Below, in pieces: positions 1 through 10,578 of a stretch of DNA of 64,000 bases. The notes below the pieces were generated by a model. The model did not search any database and was not told the DNA's origin. It saw nothing but the letters and a program-made list of their open reading frames with translations. Where the stretch lies: positions 384,001-448,000 of the forward strand of contig CAVWWD010000007.1 of assembly GCA_963758635.1 (NCBI GenBank), in the 5' to 3' direction. Positions within the stretch are counted from its first letter, which is position 1; every line of letters begins with the position of its first letter. The DNA is from an uncultured Candidatus Rokubacteria bacterium. GTDB lineage: Bacteria > Methylomirabilota > Methylomirabilia > Rokubacteriales > CSP1-6. A program made the translations under genes and the position numbers.

Positions 1-107
1 GTTCCCGCCCGGACATGGACGGCAAGATCGTCTACAATATCCCGCCGGCCGTCAAGGCCTCGATCGACGAGATCGTGAAGACGTTCGTGGAGACGCTGAT
101 CCTCATG
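1..107 (+). pseudogene. Remnant of an AcrB/HAE1 RND permease gene, truncated downstream and cut by the window edge
   Basis: Reads MDGKIVYNIPPAVKASIDEIVKTFVETLILM, which aligns by eye to MDYKIVYDTTPAVEASIHEIEKTFVEALILV of the RND permease at about 45995-46087; similarity stops at about 107. Confidence 0.7.
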
Positions 108-207
108 CTTCTCCACGCTGTCGCGCGCGCGGTGCGTTCGTGTCGCTCCGGCAGACCGACCGTGGTGCCGAGTCGAGATCGAGCAGTGCGACATCGGGCT
201 CGCGCGC

Positions 208-1434
208 TCAGGCGTTCGTGTCGGCCTCGTCGGGCATCCGCCCGACTAAGGCTACCCCCAGGCAGAACAGCAGGATGCTCGTCACGATCAGGGAGAAGAT
301 CGCCGGAGGGAACTCGGGACCGGCGATGCCGTAGTGCACGGGGAGTGCCGAGAGGACCCCTGCCGCCAGCCCGCGTGGAACCGCGACAGTCAGAAGCCAG
401 GATTGCTTTCTCGATAGACCCAGGCCGAGCGTCGCCAGCCCGACAGCAGGGATGCGTGCCGCCACCAGGAGCAGCGCAGGGACGGCGCCGAGCAGAATCA
501 GTCGGGGTGAGGTCGGGAACATCAGGCCGATCAGCACGAAGAAGAACGACTTGATGAAGAAGCTCATCTGGTCCTGCATGGTGCGAGCGCTCTGGTCGTT
601 CACGAACGCCTGCGCGTCTGCACCGGGGATGAGCCGAGGCACGAGCGATGAGGCGTTGCCTAGCAGGAGCGCGGAGGTGAGCACGGCCATGGCTCCACTG
701 CCATTGAGGTGGGAGGTCACCCCGTACACGAGCAGCATGGCGGCGAGGAAGGCGGTGTAGGCATGCGGATTGTTCCGGAGAGCCGGCACCACGGGAAGCA
801 ACGCCGCCGCCCCGAGCGCGCCCACGCCTACGCCGACCCCGAGCTCTCTTGCCAGCGCAAGCAGTGGTCGCGATAGGGAGACGCCCCCGGTGACGAGCAG
901 GTCGACCAACACCATGGTCAACACGACCGACAGAGCATCGGTGGAGGCGGACTCGACCTCGAGCAGCCTGGCCACCCGTGGGTTGACCTTCCCGCCCGCG
1001 GTGGTGGGCATGATGATCAGGGAGCAGACTCCGCCAACGATCGTCCCAGCGATCAGCCACGCCAGCAACGGAGCAGGCCTCACAAACCCCATCGCGGTGA
1101 CCAGCCAGAGCCACAGGCAGACGGCGGTGACGGAGAAGCCGAATCCCGCCAGGCCCAGGAGCAGCCCTCGTGGTCCGGCGGCGGCCACGTCCGCCAGCCG
1201 CAACCGCGAGGCGCCGCCGGAGAGGATAATGGTCAGCGCGACGGCGCCGAACAGCGGCACGGCCGGCTGGAGGAGAGTCGGGGAGACGAACTCGAACACG
1301 GGCCCGGCCAGGACTCCGGCACTCACCAGCCAGAGAACGTCCGGAATGCCCGTACGCGAGAAGACGAACTCCCCCATCGCCCCCAGCAGCAGGACGACCG
1401 CCACGATCTCCAACACCTGGGCGATTGAGTCCAT
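208..1434 (-). CDS. Cation:proton antiporter (CPA1, NhaP/CvrA-like)
   Basis: About 408 aa, many hydrophobic segments; motifs GIPDVLWLVSAGVLAGP, LEVESASTD, FFIKSFFFVLIGL, VPRGLAAGVLS; GAGGGG upstream of ATG at 1434. Confidence 0.85.
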   Translation of the reverse strand: MDSIAQVLEIVAVVLLLGAMGEFVFSRTGIPDVLWLVSAGVLAGPVFEFVSPTLLQPAVPLFGAVALTIILSGGASRLRLADVAAAGPRGLLLGLAGFGFSVTAVCLWLWLVTAMGFVRPAPLLAWLIAGTIVGGVCSLIIMPTTAGGKVNPRVARLLEVESASTDALSVVLTMVLVDLLVTGGVSLSRPLLALARELGVGVGVGALGAAALLPVVPALRNNPHAYTAFLAAMLLVYGVTSHLNGSGAMAVLTSALLLGNASSLVPRLIPGADAQAFVNDQSARTMQDQMSFFIKSFFFVLIGLMFPTSPRLILLGAVPALLLVAARIPAVGLATLGLGLSRKQSWLLTVAVPRGLAAGVLSALPVHYGIAGPEFPPAIFSLIVTSILLFCLGVALVGRMPDEADTNA

Positions 1435-1567
1435 TGCCCCCTCAATCGAGCTGGTTTCCCGGCACAAGGGTTGCGGATTCACGGGGCTGCACCCGCATCA
1501 TGGTCGTGAAGCCGGCTCCGTTGTCAATGGACGCGGTAGCGAAACCAGGCCCGAGGCTTCCTTGCGT

Positions 1568-2200
1568 GAGACGGCCGAGGACGAGTTCGCGGCGCGTGAC
1601 CTCGCGGCGTACGCCGTGTTCCTGCGCCAGACGCCGTGGTACGCGTATCCGTTCGGCCCGCGCGTGGCGGCGTTCTGGCGCGAGACGCCCTGGCGCGGCG
1701 GGGACCTGCTCCGGAAGCTGGAGCGGCGCGTCGTGTTCACCCTGGAGTACGGGACGAAGGCGATCTACGGCTGGCTGATCGGCCAGGCCTCGGCGAGCGC
1801 GCTGGGGCTGGCGGACCAGGAGATCCGGACGGTGGTCGTCGGGCTCCAGGCGTCCGACGTCGCGCGCGACCCGCGGATCAAGGTGGTGCGCGAGCTCGGG
1901 GCGGGGAGGACCCTCGTCGTGACGCCGCGGTACCGGGCCTACACGGAGGTGGTGGTCGGCCTCGCCCGGCGCGGCAGGGATCTCGCGGAGATCGCGGGGA
2001 ACCGGCGCATTCTCATGACCGTCCAGACGCCGTCGGCTCTCCCGGCAGTGCCGGGCGCGCAAGAGATGTTCGCCGTGCCCATGCAGTCCGGGGCCAGGCA
2101 TCGTCGCGTCGGCCTCGACGTGCCCGTGGCAGACCTCGCCTCGGCGATCCGCAGCCTGGAGGCCGCCAAGGTGACCGTGGAGCACCTCTATGACTACTGA
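1568..2200 (+). pseudogene. 5'-truncated hypothetical protein (C-terminal part only)
   Basis: Protein-like frame ETAEDEFAARDLAAYAVFLRQTPWYAYPF...VEHLYDY with strong GC3 bias, but no plausible start or RBS; the upstream frame is antisense to the antiporter. Confidence 0.55.
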
Positions 2201-3917
2201 CCGGCGCTCGGCCCCGGAGCGCGTGCCCTCCGTCTCGCCGGGCCGCGGCGGGCACGCAGCCCGCGCCCGCGGCACGCTGTTGGCGCTGCTCGCCGCGCTG
2301 TCCGCCGCCGGCTGCTCCACGGCCGTGCCAGCGGCTACCGAGCCCGTACACGTGAAAGTACTCGCCATCAACGACTTTCACGGCAACCTGAAGCCGACTC
2401 CGGGCATCCGCATCAAGGACCCCGCGGACCCGAGCCGGACCACCCTGGTCGCGGCCGGCGGCAGCGAGCATCTCGCGACGCTGCTCGGAGAGCTCCGGGC
2501 GAAGAACCCCAACCACATCTTCGTCGCCGCGGGCGACCTGGTGGGCGCCACGCCGCTCCTGTCGGCCCTCTTCCGCGACGAGCCCACTATCGAATCGCTG
2601 AGCCTGATGGGGCTCGAGGCCAGCGCCGTCGGCAACCACGAGTTCGACAGGGGCACCCAGGAGCTGCTGCGTCTGCAGCAGGGGGGCTGTGACGCTCCCG
2701 GGGCGTGCAAGGGCCCCGCCCCGTTCACCGGGGCGCGGTTCACGTACCTGGCCGCCAGCACCGTGGTCACCGCGACGGGTCGGACACTGCTCCCCGCCTA
2801 CCACGTGAAGCGGTTTCAAGGCATCCCGGTCGCGTTCGTCGGCCTGACGCTCAAGGCCACGCCGCACGATCGTGGTGCCGGACGGTGTGCGCGGTCTCGA
2901 GCTTCCGCGACGAGGCGGAGACCGTCAACGCGCTGGTGCCCGAGCTCCGGCGGCAGGGTATCGAGGCGATCGTGGTGCTCATCCACGAGGGCGGCCGGCA
3001 GGAGGGGGACTTCAACGAGTGCCAGGGGATCAGCGGGCCCATCGTCGACATCGTGCGGAAGCTGGACAAGGCCGTCGACGTTGTGGTGAGTGGACACACG
3101 CACCGCGCCTACAACTGCCGGATCGACGGCCGTCTCGTGACCAGCGCCGACCGGTACGGGACCGTGGTGTCGGAGATCGACCTCGTGCTGGACCCGAGGA
3201 CCCGCGACGTCGTCAGCGCACGGGCACGACAACGTGATCGTGCGGACGACCCTCGCGAAGGATCCCGCGCAGACCGCGCTGATCACCAACTACGAGCGGC
3301 AGGCCGCGCCGCTGGCGCGCCGCGTGGTGGGCTCCGTCGCCGAGCCGCTGTCGAGCGCCGCGGCGCCAAACGGCGAGAGCGTGCTCAGCCAGGTGATCGC
3401 CGACGCCCAGCTCAGCGCCACCCGCGCGCTCGGCGCGCAGGTGGCGCTGATGAACCCCGGCGGCATCCGCGCCGATCTGGGCCGGACCGGCGACGGGGAG
3501 GTCCGCTACGAGGAGCTGTTCGCGGTGCAGCCCTTCTCCAACCACCTGGTGACGATGACGCTCAGCGGGGCGCAGCTCATCGCCCTCCTCGAGCAGCAAT
3601 GGGTGAATCAGCCTTCCGGCGGCCGCGTGCTGGGCATCTCGCGAGGGTTCAGCTATGCGTGGGACGCGCAGCAGCCGGCAGGCCGGCGTATCGTGCCCGG
3701 GAGCGTGATTCTCGACGGCCGGCCGGTTGCCGCCGATGCCCGGGTGCAGGTCACGGTGAACGGCTTCCTGGCCGGAGGCGGTGACAACTTCTCGGTTCTC
3801 ACCGAGGGCAGGGATCGGCAGACCAGCATGGTGGACCTGGAGGCGCTGGAGGCTTACCTGAAGGCGCATCCCCGCCTGGCTCCAGGGACGCTGGACCGTG
3901 TCAGGAGACTGAATTGA
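2190..3917 (+). CDS. Bifunctional metallophosphatase/5'-nucleotidase lipoprotein (frameshifts near 2870 and 3220)
   Basis: Lipobox LSAAGC; motifs INDFHGNL, AAGDLVGA, VGNHEFD, LIHEGG, SGHTH, MNPGGIRAD, VQPFSN, FLAGGGDNF spread over three ORFs. Confidence 0.9.
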
Positions 3918-4182
3918 GCTCTTCTTCCCGCTCGAGCACCGCCCGTACTACGTGCCGCTCGCCCTGCCCGGGGACGACGTCACGCCCGAGCGGTTCGTGT
4001 GCTTTCGCTTCGACGGGGCGCGGGGCCTCTACATCCATCCGAACGTCTGGCACGAAGGCGTGTTCGGCCTGCACGGCACGCAGCGCTTCTTCGACAAGCA
4101 GGGCGCCGTGCACGCGCGCGTCTCGGTGGACTTCCCGCGAGAGTTCGGATGCCTCCTGGAGGCGCCGATCCCCGCGGTCTGA
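3916..4182 (+). pseudogene. C-terminal fragment of a ureidoglycolate lyase-like (cupin) protein
   Basis: ELFFPLEHRPYYVPLALPGDDVTPERFVCFRFDGARGLYIHPNVWHEGVF; begins at the nucleotidase stop codon with no N-terminal half. Confidence 0.55.
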
Positions 4183-4195
4183 GGGCCCTGGCGCT

Positions 4196-5197
4196 TCAGG
4201 AGCCCGCGGGGGCGGGCGACACCGGGTAGGGGCCGCCGGCGAACGTCCGGGGATGGTAGCCCTTCGAACCGACGGCGCGCGCCAGCGGGCTCCGCGGGTC
4301 GGCGTTCGCTTTCAGCCGGTCCAGCACGGTCCGGAAGTCGTGGCGCGGGCGCCAGCCGAGATCCCTTCGGGCCCGCTCGTTCACGTACACGCGGTCGATG
4401 CCGGGGAACATCCGCCAGCCCCGCCGGGCGTACTCCGCCTCGTAGTCGGGGACGCGTCTGGCAAGGACCGCGGGCGCGTGCCCGCGGAGCTCGGCCAGGT
4501 CCTCCGTCGCGAACGGGGTGGTCGCGCTGACGATGTAGCGGCCGAACCCGATGGCCGGCGCTCGCTCGAGGGCCAGGACGTGCGCGGCCACGACGTCCTC
4601 CAGGTCCACGCGCCGGTTGAGGTACTCGTTGGCCTTCACGTTGTCGTCCGCGTAGGCCTCCCGGATCTCCCGGTCGTCGTCGGCTTCTGGAAAGAAGCGG
4701 GAGGTCCGGAGGACGAGGCACGGCAGCCCGTGATCCCGATGGAACAGCTCGCACAGATCCTCGGCTGCCGCCTTCGTCACGCCGTAGATGTTCCGAGGGA
4801 CCGGACGCACGTCCTCGGTGACCCACGCCGCGGGCGCTCCCGCCGCCGGGCGGAGCGCCCCGCCGAAGACGCTGGTCGTGCTCGTGAAGACGAACGCGCC
4901 GACGCCCGCCGCGACCGCTTCCTCCAGGAGGCGTAGCGTGCCCGCAACGTTGGTGGCGACGAAGTCCTCCCTGGCGTGGGTGGCCACGTGGGGCTTGTGC
5001 AGCGTGGCCGTGTGGAGGACGGCGCCCACGCCGTGCATGCCGCGCCGCACGTCCGATCGGATGCTGATGGATCCGATCGTGCTCGTGAAGGGGGAGGGCG
5101 CGACGTCCAGGCCGACGACATCGTGGCGCGCCTCGCGCAGGGTGCGGACCAGCGCCTCGCCGAGATGCCCCGAGCTCCCCGTGACCAGGATCCGCAT
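4196..5197 (-). CDS. NAD-dependent epimerase/dehydratase (extended SDR)
   Basis: MRILVTGSSGHLG Rossmann motif, HTATLHKPH, FTSTTSVFG, catalytic YGVTK (YxxxK). Confidence 0.9.
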   Translation of the reverse strand: MRILVTGSSGHLGEALVRTLREARHDVVGLDVAPSPFTSTIGSISIRSDVRRGMHGVGAVLHTATLHKPHVATHAREDFVATNVAGTLRLLEEAVAAGVGAFVFTSTTSVFGGALRPAAGAPAAWVTEDVRPVPRNIYGVTKAAAEDLCELFHRDHGLPCLVLRTSRFFPEADDDREIREAYADDNVKANEYLNRRVDLEDVVAAHVLALERAPAIGFGRYIVSATTPFATEDLAELRGHAPAVLARRVPDYEAEYARRGWRMFPGIDRVYVNERARRDLGWRPRHDFRTVLDRLKANADPRSPLARAVGSKGYHPRTFAGGPYPVSPAPAGS

Positions 5198-5347
5198 GAT
5201 GGTTCCACGGCCTGAAGCCACGATGGATGCAAGGGCGCGCGGGCGCAAGCGCGGGGACGATCCGCGCCGCTGGGGGCTCGGACAGCGTGAGCGGGCGGGG
5301 TCACGAAGATCGCGGTCCGCGCGCATCCCGCGATCTAGAATTCTCGG

Positions 5348-5971
5348 GTGCTGGGGCGTCCGCGTGAGATCGGTCTGGCGGCCGTCGTCGTCGGCCTGGT
5401 CCTGGCCGGCTGCGGCCGCGGCGCGCCCGCGCCCACCGTGACCCGGATCGCCACGCTCGAGCCGGTCAACTCCGCGGGGGGCTTCGTCGACACCCTCGCG
5501 CTCGCGCCGGACGCGTCGCTGGTGGCCACGGGCGAGCGCGGCGGGCAGATCCGTGTCTGGCCCACGAACGGTGACGCCGCGCCGGCGCCGCTCGGCGGCT
5601 ACCGGCAGGCCGTCGCCGGCCTCGCCTTCTCTCCCGACGGCCGCCTGCTCGCCTCGCTTGGACGCCACCGCGAGAGCGCGCTCAGGCTGTGGCGCGCCCC
5701 GGATCACACGGGTCCCGCGGCGTGGACGGAGGCGGCGTCTCTGCCCGTGGGCCGCTGCCTGGGGCTTCGCTTCGATGCGTCCGGGGCCCGCCTGGCGGTG
5801 CTGTGCGAGAGCGAGGTGCTGATCGTGGACGTGGCGTCCGCGCGGGACGTGTTGCACCTGCCGAACCCGCACCGCGAGGCGCTGACCGCCTTCGATCTCT
5901 CGGCCGACGGTCAACGGCTCCTGGTGGCAAGCCACGACGGCGACCTGACGGTGCTCGCTCGTGTAGCGTGA
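5348..5971 (+). CDS. WD40-repeat lipoprotein, possibly C-terminally truncated
   Basis: Lipobox LVLAGC; repeats LALAPDASLVATG..IRVW, LAFSPDGRLLASL..LRLW, FDLSADGQRLLVAS; only about four blades. Confidence 0.7.
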   Translation: MLGRPREIGLAAVVVGLVLAGCGRGAPAPTVTRIATLEPVNSAGGFVDTLALAPDASLVATGERGGQIRVWPTNGDAAPAPLGGYRQAVAGLAFSPDGRLLASLGRHRESALRLWRAPDHTGPAAWTEAASLPVGRCLGLRFDASGARLAVLCESEVLIVDVASARDVLHLPNPHREALTAFDLSADGQRLLVASHDGDLTVLARVA

Positions 5972-6018
5972 GAGTGAGCGTCACGCATCACCACACACGA
6001 ACGCACAGGAGAGCGGCC

Positions 6019-6504
6019 ATGATGAACGCAGAGCCTCAGAGGGAACACAAGTGGCTGGAGAAGCTCGTGGGCGAGTGGACGTACGAGACGGAGGGCGTGA
6101 TGGAGCCGGGCAAGCCCGCCGAGAGGTGCGGGGGCACGGAGCGCGTGCGGTCGCTCGGGAGCCTCTGGATCGTCGCCGAGGGACAGGGAGAGATGCCGGG
6201 CGGCGAGGCGGCCACCATGCTCATGACGCTCGGCTTCGACCCGGACAAGAAGCGCTTCGTCGGCACCTGGGTCGGGTCGATGATGACCCACATGTTCGTC
6301 TACGACGGCGCCCTCGATCCGGCCGAGCGCGTACTCGTGCTGGAGTCCGACGGCCCCTCGATGGCCGGCGACGGGACGATGGCCCGATACCGCGACGCCA
6401 TCTCGATCGAGAGCGACGACCACCGCGTGCTGACCTCGAGCGTGCGGGCCCCGGACGGCACGTGGCAGCCGTTCATGACCGCGCACTACCGGCGGAAGAA
6501 GTGA
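6019..6504 (+). CDS. DUF1579 domain-containing protein
   Basis: EHKWLEKLVGEW, TLGFDPDKKRFVGTWVGSM, MTAHYRR; AGGAG RBS upstream of ATG 6019. Confidence 0.8.
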   Translation: MMNAEPQREHKWLEKLVGEWTYETEGVMEPGKPAERCGGTERVRSLGSLWIVAEGQGEMPGGEAATMLMTLGFDPDKKRFVGTWVGSMMTHMFVYDGALDPAERVLVLESDGPSMAGDGTMARYRDAISIESDDHRVLTSSVRAPDGTWQPFMTAHYRRKK

Positions 6505-6563
6505 CCGCCGAGGCGGTCGCGGCAGCCGGTCGGCTCCCGGGCCTCGCGGCGCCGCGGGGCTCA

Positions 6564-7010
6564 TCAGCGGCGGCTCAGGGTCTCCGGTGACACGCGAAAC
6601 GGGTTGACGACCCGCACCGGGCCCAGCATCGAGTCGTCCTGTAGATCCTCGGTGAGCAGGTAGGCGCAACCCGCCACCTCGGCCGCGGCGGCGATCAGCG
6701 AGTCCCACCACGAGAGCCGGTGGCGGTCCTGGATGCGCCACGCGCCCTCGAGCACCCGCGTGTCGATGGGAACCGGCCGCCACGGAAGGAGCGACCGTAC
6801 GACCTGGCGCGCCGCCGCGCGGTCGAGGCCGGGATCCAGCTTCTCCGTCACGGTCACGTAGAACTCCTGGAGGACCTGATAGCTCAGCCGGCCCTGCCGC
6901 GTGTTCCACAGGTGCGCCATCCAGCTGGCCGCCTTCCTGTGCTTGTCGAGCTCCGCGGTATCGCGGCTGTAGACGAGGACGTTGGTGTCGACGAAGACGT
7001 CACCGGCCAT
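6564..7010 (-). CDS. PIN-domain ribonuclease toxin (VapC family)
   Basis: VFVDTNVLVY, QVLQEFY, LSWWDSLIAAAA, LLTEDL, VVNPF. Confidence 0.9.
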   Translation of the reverse strand: MAGDVFVDTNVLVYSRDTAELDKHRKAASWMAHLWNTRQGRLSYQVLQEFYVTVTEKLDPGLDRAAARQVVRSLLPWRPVPIDTRVLEGAWRIQDRHRLSWWDSLIAAAAEVAGCAYLLTEDLQDDSMLGPVRVVNPFRVSPETLSRR

Positions 7011-7236
7011 AGAGGTCGGCTCGCTTCGGGTATCGGGTCGTCGGCTTCCGGAGCTTCCTGGCCGGGCGCGCCAGGTACTCGCGCCGCGCCACCTCGTAGC
7101 TCTGCTCTTCGTGCATCTTCTCGCGCAAGAGTTCTCCGACCAGGCGCGACATGCTCGTGTCCAGTTCAGCGGCCCGGATTCTCGCCCACCGGGCGACGTC
7201 CTCGTCGAGGGTGATCGTCACGTTGCGCAGGCTCAC
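7000..7236 (-). CDS. Ribbon-helix-helix antitoxin (VapB/CopG-like)
   Basis: RNVTITLDEDVARWARIRAAELDTSMSRLVGELL; overlaps the toxin start; GTG start at 7236. Confidence 0.8.
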   Translation of the reverse strand: MSLRNVTITLDEDVARWARIRAAELDTSMSRLVGELLREKMHEEQSYEVARREYLARPARKLRKPTTRYPKRADLYGR

Positions 7237-7242
7237 TGAGGA

Positions 7243-7265
7243 AGTGTAGCACGAAAACAGTGTAG
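7243..7265 (-). promoter_or_regulatory. Putative extended -10 promoter and operator repeats of the TA pair
   Basis: Minus strand TGcTACACT lies 6 nt before the GTG; CTACACT occurs twice (7243-7249, 7259-7265) in an AT-richer patch. Confidence 0.5.
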
Positions 7266-7306
7266 ATATGCAGAGCGCGAGCGGCTCCACGGGGGCGGCG
7301 GCCCGG

Positions 7307-8196
7307 TCAGTAGAGTGAGTCGCGCGTCTGCTGCGCGAGCCGCGCCCGCAGCCGCTCGTCGATCTCCTGCTGGATGTTCTGGAGCGCCGAGGCCACGAGA
7401 TGGCCGACCGCGGTCAGCGCCACCTCGGCCTCGGACTTCTCGGCGGTGATCATCGCGCGCTCGTTCCGCGCGAGCAGGAATCCCGCGGGCGCGTCGCCCT
7501 TGCCGGCCAGCGCGACACAGAAGGCGGCGGTGTCGAGCGCGCTGCTCGAGCCTACCTCGAGCGACAGCGTCCCCGCGAAGCTCGACGCCTGCGGTCCCGC
7601 CGCGGCCACCTGAGCCATCTCGTCGTTGAACACGTTGTAGACGTACGCGGCCGCCGACCACTCGCCTTCCAGGTGCAGGATCAAGCGGTGGAGCACGGCG
7701 GTCAGGAAGCCGGCCTCGTCCTCGTACCGCCGCGACGTGAGGTCACCGACATCGTAGAGGAGCGCGACCAAACGGGACGAGCGCCGCAGCCGCTGGGAGA
7801 GGATGCGCAGCAGCTCTACGACGAGGCCCACGGCCAGCCACTGCTCGAGCATCGGCCCGCCCAGGACGAAGAGGGTCGTATCCGTGTGCGCGACCGCTCG
7901 CGCCGAGCGCGGCCGGTTCTCGATGAGGGCCATCTCCCCGAGGACGTCGCCGGGCGACAGGACGGCCAGCTCGGCGAAGCCGCCCGCCTCCACGCGCTTC
8001 TCGATGCGCACCCGCCCCACGGCGAGCAGGAACATCGCGTCGCCCGGGCGTGCCTTCCTCGAAGATCAGGCCGCCCGCCGGGACGGTCTGCACGACGAGG
8101 ATGCGCGCCAGCTCCTCGATCTTGGCGTCCGGCGAGGTGGCGAAACAGCGGGAGCGCGCGGAGCTGGCCGACCCGCTCCCGCGTGTCGTCGGTCAC
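7307..8196 (-). CDS. Cyclic nucleotide-binding domain protein with a GAF-like C-terminus (frameshifts near 8130 and 8045)
   Basis: LRALPLF, GGLIFEEGTPG, MFLLAVGRVRI, GDVLGEMALIENRPRSARAVA. Confidence 0.8.
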
Positions 8197-9339
8197 GGCG
8201 CGCTCCGCCCGGCCCGGCGGCCGGCCATCACACGCCCCGCCATCCCGCCGGAGACCGGAGAGCAGCCGCACCTGGTCGGGGTTGTGAGCCTTGGCCAGGG
8301 CTACGCGGGCATCGACCAGCCCGCTCTTGATCACCTCGGCCAGCGACCGGTCCATCGTCGTCATCCCGAACTGTGCGCCGGTCTCGATGGCGCTGTAGAT
8401 CGTGTGGGGCTTGCCCTCGCGGATCTGGTTCGCGATGGCCGGCGTCACGACCATCAGCTCCCGGACGGCCACCCGCCCCTTGCCGTCCCGGCGCGGGAGC
8501 AGGAGCTGCGCGATGACGGCCCGGAGGGAGTTCGCGAGCTGGACGCGGATCTGGTCCTGCTGGCGGGCCGGGAACACGTCGATGATCCGCGCCACCGTCG
8601 AGGGGGCGTCCTGGGTGTGCAGCGTCCCGAAGCACAGGTGACCGGTCTCCGCGGCGGTGACGGCGAGGCCGATCGTCTCGTGGTCCCGCATCTCCCCGAC
8701 CAGGATGATGTCCGGATCCTCCCGCAGCGCGGCGCGGAGCGCGTTCGGGAACGACTTCGTCGTCTGTCCGACCTCACGCTGAGTGATGATCGATCGCTTG
8801 TCCTCGTAGACGAACTCGATCGGATCCTCGATGGTCAGGATGTGCTCGGAGCGGGTGCGGTTGGCGCGCTCGATCAGGCAGGCCAGGGTCGTCGACTTGC
8901 CCGACCCGGCGGGCCCGGTGACGAGGACGAGGCCGCGCGGGAGCGACGCCAGGTCGAGCATGGCGGGCGTGAGCCCGATGGCCTCCGGGTCCGGGATGTC
9001 CACGCCGATGACGCGAAGAGCCGCCTCGACGCCGTTCCGGCTCATCAGCACGTTGAGGCGGAAGCGCGAGAGGCCGTGCACCTCGTACGACCAGTCGAGC
9101 TCCCAGCTCTCCTCGAACCGGGCCCGCTGATCGTCGGGGAGCATCGAGTAGATCAGCGCCTGGGCAGCCTCGCGATCCAGCGCGGGGAGAGACGGGTCGA
9201 TCGCGACGATCGTGCCGTTCTTGCGCATCATGGGCGGCCGCCCGACGCGGAGGTGGATGTCGCTGCACCGCTGGTCGACAGCCGCCTTGAGGACCGTCAC
9301 GAGGTCCACGGCGTGGCGTCCGGGGCCGACGGCGCTCAC
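8193..9339 (-). CDS. pilT: Type IV pilus retraction ATPase PilT (3' end uncertain)
   Basis: SDIHLRVGRPP, Walker A GPAGSGKSTT, TIEDPIEF, LREDPDIILVGEMRD, AAETGHLCFGTLHT, AIANQIREGK (AIRNLIRE-like). Confidence 0.85.
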
Positions 9340-10475
9340 CGTCCGGTCGCTCCGGTGGACGTGCTCGGAGACGCGACGGCCCGGGCATCCGCGAGCCCCT
9401 GCGTCTGCAGGCGGATCCGCAGGTCGTTCGGGTTCGGGCTGACGGCCAGCGCCTCCTCCACGGAGATTGTCCGGGCCGTGAGGTGCGCGAGGAGCGCCTG
9501 GTTGAGGGACTGCATCTTGTAGAACGTGGCCGAGTCCTCGATGGCCTTGCCGAGCGCGCCGATCTTGTCGTCCTCGATGAGCTTCTGCACGGTCGGCGTG
9601 TTGATCATCACTTCCTGCACGGCCACCCGGCCCGGCCGGTCGGCGCGCTTCACGAGGCGCTGGGACACGACGGCGAGGAGGCATTTCGCGAGCTGCATGC
9701 GGGTCTGGTGCTGGCTCTCGGGCGCGTACGCGTCCAGGATCCGGTCGATGGACTGCTTGGCGTCGTTCGTGTGCAGGGTCCCGAAGACCAGGTGGCCCGT
9801 CTCGGCCGCGCGGAGCGCCGTGCTGATGGTCTCGGCGTCCCGCATCTCGCCGACCAGGATCACGTCTGGATCCTGGCGCAGGGCGCGGCGGAGCCCCTCC
9901 GCGAACGCACGGGTATCGGCGCCGATCTCACGCTGGTTGATGACGCCGAGGGCATCCTCGTACACGAACTCGATCGGGTCCTCCAGGGTGACGATGTGGA
10001 CCGGCCGGTGTCGGTTGATGTGGTCGATGATCGCGGCGAGCGTCGTGGTCTTGCCGGACCCCGTGGGGCCCGTCACCAGGAACAGCCCCTGCGGGCGAAG
10101 GGCGAGCTCCTTCAGGATGGCCGGCGCGCCCAGGTCGTCGAGGCTGGGTACCTTGGCCGGGATGAGGCGGAACACGGCGCCGGGCAGCCCCTTCTGGAAG
10201 AAGGCGTTCCCGCGGAAGCGGCCCAGGCCCGGGACCGCGAACGAGAAGTCCAGCTCCTTGTCACGCGTGAGCGTGGACCGCTGATCCCCGTCGATGACGC
10301 TGCCGATCAGGCGCTCGACGGCCTCTGCCGCGAGCACCGGGCGCCCGCCCATGGGGACCAGGTCGCCCTGAAGCCGCATCATGGGGGGCCGGCCGACCTT
10401 CAGATGGAGGTCGCTCGCCCCCCTCTCGGCGAGCGTCTGCAAGAGCGCGGACATGGTGGTCGACCCGTCTTCCAT
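9336..10475 (-). CDS. PilT/PilU-family type IV pilus ATPase
   Basis: ASDLHLKVGRPP, GPTGSGKTTT, LRQDPDVILVGEMRD, AAETGHLVFGTLHTN; TVQKLIED replaces the AIRNLIRE motif. Confidence 0.9.
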   Translation of the reverse strand: MEDGSTTMSALLQTLAERGASDLHLKVGRPPMMRLQGDLVPMGGRPVLAAEAVERLIGSVIDGDQRSTLTRDKELDFSFAVPGLGRFRGNAFFQKGLPGAVFRLIPAKVPSLDDLGAPAILKELALRPQGLFLVTGPTGSGKTTTLAAIIDHINRHRPVHIVTLEDPIEFVYEDALGVINQREIGADTRAFAEGLRRALRQDPDVILVGEMRDAETISTALRAAETGHLVFGTLHTNDAKQSIDRILDAYAPESQHQTRMQLAKCLLAVVSQRLVKRADRPGRVAVQEVMINTPTVQKLIEDDKIGALGKAIEDSATFYKMQSLNQALLAHLTARTISVEEALAVSPNPNDLRIRLQTQGLADARAVASPSTSTGATGR

Positions 10476-10578
10476 TCGTGTTCCCTCGAATGCGCCCGCG
10501 TCGCTTGAGGAGCACGCGGTGGGCACGGTCCAGCCATCGATACCATACCCCGGCGGCGGGCAACAGCCGAGCGCCCGC

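Noticed and set aside
8193..10475. ATPases as VirB11/conjugation or type II secretion components
   Set aside because: The motifs are PilT-type, there is no PilB/GspE N-terminal domain, and no secretion or conjugation genes are nearby.
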